Assembly: GCA_963720545.1 (NCBI GenBank)
Contig: OY970399.1
Span: forward strand, 800,001 to 864,000
Origin: an uncultured Acidobacteriota bacterium
Lineage (GTDB): Bacteria; Acidobacteriota; Vicinamibacteria; Fen-336
DNA length: 64,000 nucleotides
Direction of reading: 5' to 3'
Each line of letters starts with the position of its first letter. The stretch's first letter is position 1. A program made the position numbers and the translations under genes. The notes beneath the pieces are model-generated. The model ran no database searches. It was not told the DNA's origin and saw only the letters and a program-made list of their open reading frames with translations. Of the stretch, positions 58,117 to 64,000 are shown one piece after another.

Positions 58117-59228
58117 TGGCGTCCCCAACAGAGACTGTGCTGTGTCTCAATGCTGGCTCGTCTTCGCTGAAGTACGCTGCCTTTGTCGTAACACCGGCCG
58201 GCGCACCGACACGGCTCTGTAGCAGCGTCCTGGAAGGGTTCAGCGCCGAGACAGCAGACGACTGCTTTTCTGAGGTGTTCGAGACGCTAGAGCGGACCGG
58301 CGTTCAACCAACGCTGGTCGGCCATCGCGTGGTTCATGGCGGAATGCATTATTCCGAGCCCCAGCGAATGGACGCGACTGTACTCACCCAGTTGCAAGCA
58401 CTCGTGCCACTCGCCCCCCTGCATTTGCCGCTCGCCCTGGCGGGAATTGAAGTTGTGCAGCAGCGCCTGCCCATGATTGCGCAAGTGGCCTGCTTCGATA
58501 CCGCGTTCCATCACGGCATGCCGGAGTTGGCGTGTCGGTACACGTTTCCTCCTCCATTTCACGAACAGGGCGTGCGCCGGTATGGGTTTCACGGGTTGTC
58601 GTATGAGTCTCTCCTCGAATCGATAGGGCATCCACCGCCGGAGCGCATCGTAGCTGCCCATCTTGGCAGCGGTATGAGCCTCGCCGCGATAAAGCATGGG
58701 CGCTGCGTCGATACCACAATGGGGTTCACTCCAAGCGGCGGCGTCATGATGGGAACGCGCACCGGCGATCTTGATCCGGGCGTGCTGCTCTACTTGATGA
58801 GGGTGAAGGGCCTGGGTCCCGACGAATTGGAGCAACTCGTCGATCATCGTTCGGGCCTGCGGGGTTTGGCGGGAACGTCGGACATGAAGGCACTCATCGC
58901 GCGTTCAGCTACCGACCCCAGCGCGCGCTTGGCGATCACCATGCTCGCATACTCAATTCGCAAGACGATTGGCGCCTATGCCGCGGTACTCGGCGGTATC
59001 GACCTCCTGGTCTTTACCGGCGGCGTCGGCGAACATGCTCCGCCGGTCCGGGCGGCTGCCTGCGATGGGCTGGACGTAATAGGGATTCGCATCGATCCCG
59101 AGCGCAATGAGGAGAATGCCGGAGCGATCCAGGCGACGGACAGTCGTTGTGGTGTCCTCGTCATTCCAACGGATGAGGCGCAAGTGATCGCTGCTCACAC
59201 CTGGCGCGTCACGCGCCAGGTGCCATAA
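58116..59228 (+). CDS. ackA: Acetate kinase
   Basis: NAGSSSLK, GHRVVHGG, YGFHGLS, TMGFTP, FTGGVGE, PTDE. Confidence 0.94.
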   Translation: MASPTETVLCLNAGSSSLKYAAFVVTPAGAPTRLCSSVLEGFSAETADDCFSEVFETLERTGVQPTLVGHRVVHGGMHYSEPQRMDATVLTQLQALVPLAPLHLPLALAGIEVVQQRLPMIAQVACFDTAFHHGMPELACRYTFPPPFHEQGVRRYGFHGLSYESLLESIGHPPPERIVAAHLGSGMSLAAIKHGRCVDTTMGFTPSGGVMMGTRTGDLDPGVLLYLMRVKGLGPDELEQLVDHRSGLRGLAGTSDMKALIARSATDPSARLAITMLAYSIRKTIGAYAAVLGGIDLLVFTGGVGEHAPPVRAAACDGLDVIGIRIDPERNEENAGAIQATDSRCGVLVIPTDEAQVIAAHTWRVTRQVP

Positions 59229-59545
59229 TGACAGGCGACGATCGGCAATCCCCTCGCGGCACCGCTGGTGCACGGCTCGCGACCTCAGGGTTTGGTTGGG
59301 TCGTCGGTCTCGCCGCGCTTGTCACGGTCTTCTGGGTAGTGATCCACCGCGCGGAGGGCTGGCGGTTCGCAACGCTCGCCGCAGGTATTCGGCCCGCATG
59401 GCTCATGGTCGCGATGCTCCTGCAGGCCAGCACCTACCTGGCACAGGGTGCAGTCTGGCGTCATGTGCTGCGCCGCGCCGGCGCGCCGCGGTCACTGGGC
59501 CAGAGCGTCCGTCTCAGCGTCGCCAAACTCTTCGAGACCAGGTAG
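59228..59545 (+). pseudogene. Truncated lysylphosphatidylglycerol-synthase-TM/flippase-like membrane protein
   Basis: RPAWLMVAMLLQASTYL..LSVAKLF then stop at 105 aa. Confidence 0.5.
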
Positions 59546-59551
59546 CGGCAC

Positions 59552-62101
59552 TTGAACGAGAGACCGACCGTCGAACTAACCGCCAACGGTAGCGAACAGT
59601 ACTGGACCAGGACGCCCCCTGAGCTCGCTGAACTTCTTCAAACAGATGTCAATGGGCTCCGCACCGACGAAGCGTCGCGTCGCCTCGAGGTTTACGGCTA
59701 CAACGAACTGTCGAAAGAGCGTGGTTCATCAGCGACAACGATGCTGTTTAAGCAATTTCGTAGTCCATTGGTGCTGCTGCTTCTCTTTGCCGCATGCGTC
59801 TCAATGTTGTCCGGCGAGTGGATCGATGCCGGGATCGTTATAGCCATCGTGTTGGCCTCGGTGGCTATCGGGACATTTCAAGAATATAAGGCGCTCTTGT
59901 CGATCGCCAAGCTTCGCAGCAGGCTGCGGATCAATGCGACGGCTTTTCGGGATGGTGCGGCATGCCCGGTGCCCAGCCGTAGCCTGGTCCCCGGCGACGT
60001 CGTGCTGCTGTCGGCCGGAACCTTGGTCCCTGCCGACGGGATTCTTCTTAGCGCGACAGACTTGTGTGTGAACGAAGCGGTGTTGACCGGCGAGAGTTTC
60101 CCTGTCACGAAGCATGCCGGCGTAGCACCAGCCGACGCGACACTTCCGGGTCGATTCAACTGCGTCTTCATGGGGACAAATGTTCGCAGCGGTTTTGCGC
60201 GCTGCCTGGTGCTGCACACCGGGATGAGGACTCACTACGGGGCGATTGCAGGCACCCTCGCAGGTCGAACGCCTGAGACCGACTTCGACCGCGGGATTCG
60301 GCATTTCGGCAACCTGCTCGTCCGCACGATGCTCGTGATGGTCGGTCTCGTATTCGTCGTAAACGTGGTTGCACATCGGCCTGCAATAGAGACTCTCCTG
60401 TTCTCCCTCGCGCTTGCTGTTGGGCTGAGTCCCGAGCTATTACCAGCCATCCTGACGATCAATCTGGCTCATGGAGCAGAACGGATGGCGAGGAACGGCG
60501 TCCTGGTACGTCACTTACATGCCATTGAAAACCTGGGCAGCATGGACGTCCTGTGCACTGACAAGACCGGTACCCTCACCGAGGGCACGGTGCGGCTCAA
60601 AGGCGCCTTCGACTCCCTGGGGCAGCCGTCTTCCACCGTTCTCGAGCTGGCATCTGTCAACGCGGGCTTGCAGGCTGGCCTGGCGAACCCGCTCGATCAG
60701 GCGATCCTTGAGGCTCGCCCGCTTGGAACGGTCCCGGAGAAACTGGGCGAGATTCCTTACGACTTCGAACGCAAGCGCCTCAGTGTGGTGGTGGGTAAGG
60801 GCGTAGAAGCAACGATGGTGAGCAAGGGGGCCGTTTCCCTCATTCTCGATGTGTGCACTCGAACGGCAGAAAACGAACCGTTGGATGCAAATCATAGGAG
60901 CGCGCTTGAAAGCCGCTTTCAGGCTTGGGCGGAGCAAGGAGTACGCGTGTTGGCGCTCGCAACGCGTACGCTCGAGCGGCGCCCTTCGTATTCGCCGGCG
61001 GATGAACGCGACCTGACTTTTCAAGGCTTTCTGACGTTCTTCGATCCTCCGAAGGCGGGTGTCGCCAAAACTCTCAGAGATCTCTGTTCGTTGGGCGTTG
61101 ACGTAAAGCTGATCACCGGTGATACCGGGCTGGTTGCCCTACACGTCGCGACCGCTGTCGGCATGCGAGTGGCGCGATCGCTGGACGGCAAAGCCATCGA
61201 CGCGCTGGACGAACAGGAGCTGCAAGATGTTGCGCAAACGACTGATCTATTCGTCGAGGTCGATCCCAATCAGAAGGAAAGGATCGTCCGTGCGCTTCGT
61301 CGGTCCAAACACGTAGTCGGCTTCATGGGCGATGGCATCAACGATGCACCGGCAATGCATGCGGCGGATACCAGCCTGTCAGTCGACGATGCCGTCGACG
61401 TTGCCAAAGAAGCAGCCGACTTTGTTCTGCTCGAACGCGACCTCGATGTGATACGCGCGGGCATCGAAGAAGGTCGGCGTACATTCGCCAATACGATGAA
61501 GTACGTGCTCACGACCACAAGTGCCAATCTTGGCAACATGATCAGCATGGCTGTCGCGTCAGTCTTCCTTCCATTCCTGCCGCTGCTGGCCAGTCAGATT
61601 CTGTTGAACAACTTTCTCTCTGATATCCCTGCAATCGGGCTTGCCGGCGACAATGTCGACCGCGAGCAAGTCGAGCGGCCGCAACGATGGAACATGCGCT
61701 TCATCTTGCGGTTCATGCTTGTGTTTGGGACGGTGAGCTCATTGTTCGACTTCGTGACCTTTTGGGTGCTGCTCACGATATTCACGTCCGGTGCGGCGTT
61801 ATTCCGGACCGGTTGGTTTGTTGAATCATTGCTCACGGAACTGCTCGTCGCGCTGGTTGTACGGACGCAGCGGAGCTTCTTGCACAGTCGCCCCGGCAAG
61901 CTATTGATGATCGCCACCGGCGTGGTGATGCTTCTCACGTTTCTCATTCCCTATTCACCGATAGCCAACCGCCTTGGCTTCGTTCCTCTTCCGGGCGTCT
62001 TGATGCTGACTATTGCGGCGATCGCCCTGGCCTACGTTTGTCTCGCTGAAATCACTAAACGCTTCTTCTATAGAGGCAATGTGGCTGACGCTTGGGTCTG
62101 A
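59552..62101 (+). CDS. mgtA: Mg2+-translocating P-type ATPase
   Basis: AVGLSPELLP, DKTGT, GDGIND, SANLGN, QILLNN, FRTGWFVESL. Confidence 0.92.
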   Translation: MNERPTVELTANGSEQYWTRTPPELAELLQTDVNGLRTDEASRRLEVYGYNELSKERGSSATTMLFKQFRSPLVLLLLFAACVSMLSGEWIDAGIVIAIVLASVAIGTFQEYKALLSIAKLRSRLRINATAFRDGAACPVPSRSLVPGDVVLLSAGTLVPADGILLSATDLCVNEAVLTGESFPVTKHAGVAPADATLPGRFNCVFMGTNVRSGFARCLVLHTGMRTHYGAIAGTLAGRTPETDFDRGIRHFGNLLVRTMLVMVGLVFVVNVVAHRPAIETLLFSLALAVGLSPELLPAILTINLAHGAERMARNGVLVRHLHAIENLGSMDVLCTDKTGTLTEGTVRLKGAFDSLGQPSSTVLELASVNAGLQAGLANPLDQAILEARPLGTVPEKLGEIPYDFERKRLSVVVGKGVEATMVSKGAVSLILDVCTRTAENEPLDANHRSALESRFQAWAEQGVRVLALATRTLERRPSYSPADERDLTFQGFLTFFDPPKAGVAKTLRDLCSLGVDVKLITGDTGLVALHVATAVGMRVARSLDGKAIDALDEQELQDVAQTTDLFVEVDPNQKERIVRALRRSKHVVGFMGDGINDAPAMHAADTSLSVDDAVDVAKEAADFVLLERDLDVIRAGIEEGRRTFANTMKYVLTTTSANLGNMISMAVASVFLPFLPLLASQILLNNFLSDIPAIGLAGDNVDREQVERPQRWNMRFILRFMLVFGTVSSLFDFVTFWVLLTIFTSGAALFRTGWFVESLLTELLVALVVRTQRSFLHSRPGKLLMIATGVVMLLTFLIPYSPIANRLGFVPLPGVLMLTIAAIALAYVCLAEITKRFFYRGNVADAWV

Positions 62102-62118
62102 AGGCAGACGACACACTT

Positions 62119-62165
62119 CGCCACGAGCGTATGCGAGTGGCGGAAGCGGGTGGGAATCGAACCCA
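62119..62165 (-). repeat. Right att direct repeat of the island (47 bp)
   Basis: Identical to 34177-34223; overlaps the tRNA 3' end. Confidence 0.95.
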
Positions 62166-62236
62166 CCGCCGGTGGCATTACCCATCGGCCAGGCGGCTTT
62201 GAAGGCCGTGCGGATCACCAGATCCGAATCACTTCC
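62138..62236 (-). tRNA. selC: tRNA-Sec (anticodon UCA)
   Basis: GGAAGTG../..CGCTTCC-G-CCA acceptor, 6-bp D stem CGGATC-TGGT-GATCCG, loop CTTCAAA, long variable arm, T arm GTGGG-TTCGATT-CCCAC; 99 nt. Confidence 0.95.
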
Positions 62237-62254
62237 GAAGGCGAGGGGGAGATT

Positions 62255-63172
62255 TTAGGCGGTAAGTGTAGCGAGGGCGCGGCGGATTGCGGCGACATGG
62301 CTCGGGCCGGTGCGGCAACAGCCGCCGATGTAGCGGGCACCCGCCTGGTGCCAGCGGCGCGCGAGCGCTTCCCAGTCGGCGGTGGCGGGGTTGCCTAGCC
62401 ACCGCTTCCCGGTCGCGTCGTAGGTTTCGCCGGAGTTCGGATAGGCGACGAGCGGTTTGTCGGTCGCTTGGGACGCGGCTGCGAGCAGCGGTTCGACATG
62501 TTCCGGAGCCGTGCAGTTCACGCCGATCGCCACCAGTTGCGGAGTGGCCGCGACGTCGCGGACCACGTCCACGAGCGGTGTGCCGTCGCGCAGGCTCGCG
62601 CCGTCTTTGCAGCTCATACTGAGCCACGCTCTTGCGTTTGGTGTTTCCGCCAACAGCTCCGCGAGGACGCGGGCCTCGGTGGCCGACGGGATCGTCTCGA
62701 ATGCGAGGAGGTCGGCGCCCGAGTTCGACAACAGGCGCAGGCGGTCGCGATGGAAGTCGGCGAGGCCTTCCGCATTAAGGTCGTAGTCGCCCGTGTATTC
62801 GGCGCCGTTCGCGAGGTAGGCGCCGTACGGGCCGATGCTGGCGGCGACGAGCGGCCGCTGCCGGCCTTTGGCGTCTGCACGCGACCAGAACCCGTCACGT
62901 GCGCTGCTTGCGATTTCAACGCTGCGGACGATGAGGGCCTCGGCTTCGGTCCGCGGCAACCCCTCGCGCATCAAGCCCGGGACGGTGGCCTGGTAGCTTG
63001 CGCTTGCGATGCAGTCGGCTCCGGCTTCGAGGTATGCCGTGTGAACCGCGGTCAGAGCGTCCGGGGCCTCGAGCAGCAGGCGCGACGACCAGAGCGGGTG
63101 GCTGAGGTCGAAGCCGCGCTTCTCCAGCTCGGTCGCCAGGCCGCCGTCGAGGACGAGGACCCCCGAGGTCAC
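62255..63172 (-). CDS. mmuM: Homocysteine S-methyltransferase
   Basis: LDGGLATELE, ASIGPYGA, FETIP, GVNC, YPNSGE, GGCC. Confidence 0.92.
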   Translation of the reverse strand: MTSGVLVLDGGLATELEKRGFDLSHPLWSSRLLLEAPDALTAVHTAYLEAGADCIASASYQATVPGLMREGLPRTEAEALIVRSVEIASSARDGFWSRADAKGRQRPLVAASIGPYGAYLANGAEYTGDYDLNAEGLADFHRDRLRLLSNSGADLLAFETIPSATEARVLAELLAETPNARAWLSMSCKDGASLRDGTPLVDVVRDVAATPQLVAIGVNCTAPEHVEPLLAAASQATDKPLVAYPNSGETYDATGKRWLGNPATADWEALARRWHQAGARYIGGCCRTGPSHVAAIRRALATLTA

Positions 63173-63882
63173 GGCAGGAACCGGTACCCCGATCCGTAGA
63201 CCGTCAGGATGTGGCGCGGGTCCTGCGGGTCGCGTTCGATCTTGCGGCGCAGCTTGGCGACGAAATTGTCCACGGTACGGGTCAACGGCGTGCTGTGATA
63301 GCCCCACACCTCGCTCAGCAATTGCTCGCGGCTGACCAGTTCGTTCTTGTGGGCCAGGAAGTAGCGGAGCAGGTCGAACTCACGCCCCGACATCTCGACC
63401 GGACGGGAACGCCGCCGAACCTGCTGGCGCTTCATGTCCACGACGATCTCGCCGAACTGGATGGTCGCCGGTTCGTTCGTGGCCTGGCCGGCGCGACGGC
63501 GCACCTGCACCTTCACGCGGGCCATCACCTCCTGCACGCTGAACGGCTTGCCCACGTAGTCGTCGGCGCCGAGCTCGAGACCCAGCACCCGGTCGATCTC
63601 GGTGTTGCGCGCCGTGATGATGATGATCGGCACGCCCACTCCGCTTTCGCGCAGCTTGCGGCACACCTGGTAGCCGCTGATCCCGGGCAGCATCACGTCC
63701 AGGAGGATCACGTCGGGAGGCTCCTGGGCGACGAGCGCCAGGGCCTTCTCGCCGGTTTCGGCGGCGATCGCCTCGTAGCCCTCGAACTCGAGGTTGTCGC
63801 ACAGGATCACCTGCATCTGCGGCTCGTCTTCCACCACCAGCACGCGGATGGCGGGGTTCGCCGCCGGGTTCGACGCGCTCAT
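63169..63882 (-). CDS. OmpR family response regulator
   Basis: [21 protein letters not shown], winged helix TVYGSGYRF. Confidence 0.94.
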   Translation of the reverse strand: MSASNPAANPAIRVLVVEDEPQMQVILCDNLEFEGYEAIAAETGEKALALVAQEPPDVILLDVMLPGISGYQVCRKLRESGVGVPIIIITARNTEIDRVLGLELGADDYVGKPFSVQEVMARVKVQVRRRAGQATNEPATIQFGEIVVDMKRQQVRRRSRPVEMSGREFDLLRYFLAHKNELVSREQLLSEVWGYHSTPLTRTVDNFVAKLRRKIERDPQDPRHILTVYGSGYRFLP

Positions 63883-64000
63883 GTCGCCATCGGCAGGAGG
63901 ACGCGGAACTCGCTGCCGCGGCCGGGGCCACTGTCGACGACGATGCGGCCGCCGTGGGCTCTCACGATCGTCTGCACGATCGTCAGGCCCAGGCCGAAGC
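63879..64000 (-). CDS. 3' end of a sensor histidine kinase (partial)
   Basis: [36 protein letters not shown]; stop overlaps regulator start. Confidence 0.88.
   Translation of the reverse strand, partial: FGLGLTIVQTIVRAHGGRIVVDSGPGRGSEFRVLLPMAT

Larger units (their letters stand above)
34177..62165. mobile_element. ~28-kb genomic island integrated at tRNA-Sec, no integrase visible
   Basis: Perfect 47-bp direct repeats containing the tRNA 3' end; visibly more A/T-ending codons than the flanks; accessory cargo. Confidence 0.88.

Overview
High-GC bacterial chromosome segment; the gene inventory (duplicated-type ABC permease, Ser/Thr kinase with PD40-like propeller, FG-GAP/ASPIC protein) suggests Acidobacteriota, which is an inference. 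The left ~34 kb is mostly housekeeping: flippase, ileS (one frameshift)-lspA-lgt-rluD-NUDIX-a 2101-aa TamB/Omp85 fusion-sarcosine oxidase-like gene, ino1, MarR-metH-Smr, PPase-CHAD-ChrA, a kinase and frameshifted FG-GAP genes. From 34177 to 62165 lies a ~28-kb genomic island in the 3' end of a selenocysteine tRNA gene (selC, 62138-62236, minus). It is bounded by perfect 47-bp direct repeats, has a third shorter att copy outside, and has no recognisable integrase. Its cargo looks like a self-contained low-oxygen/stress regulon: four tandem-domain USPs, NrfHA, two Zn-ADHs, phosphoketolase-acetate kinase, two P-type ATPases, SulP, GGDEF, a PAS kinase and a sigma54 activator. It has four sigma54 promoters, three sharing an identically spaced pair of CGCA-N5-TGCG sites. 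The most novel item is a 472-aa ORF in one of these operons with archaeo-eukaryotic primase catalytic motifs fused to a PriL-like 4-Cys domain, translationally coupled to an endonuclease IV/xylose-isomerase-fold gene. All family calls are motif recognition by eye; no database searches were run.
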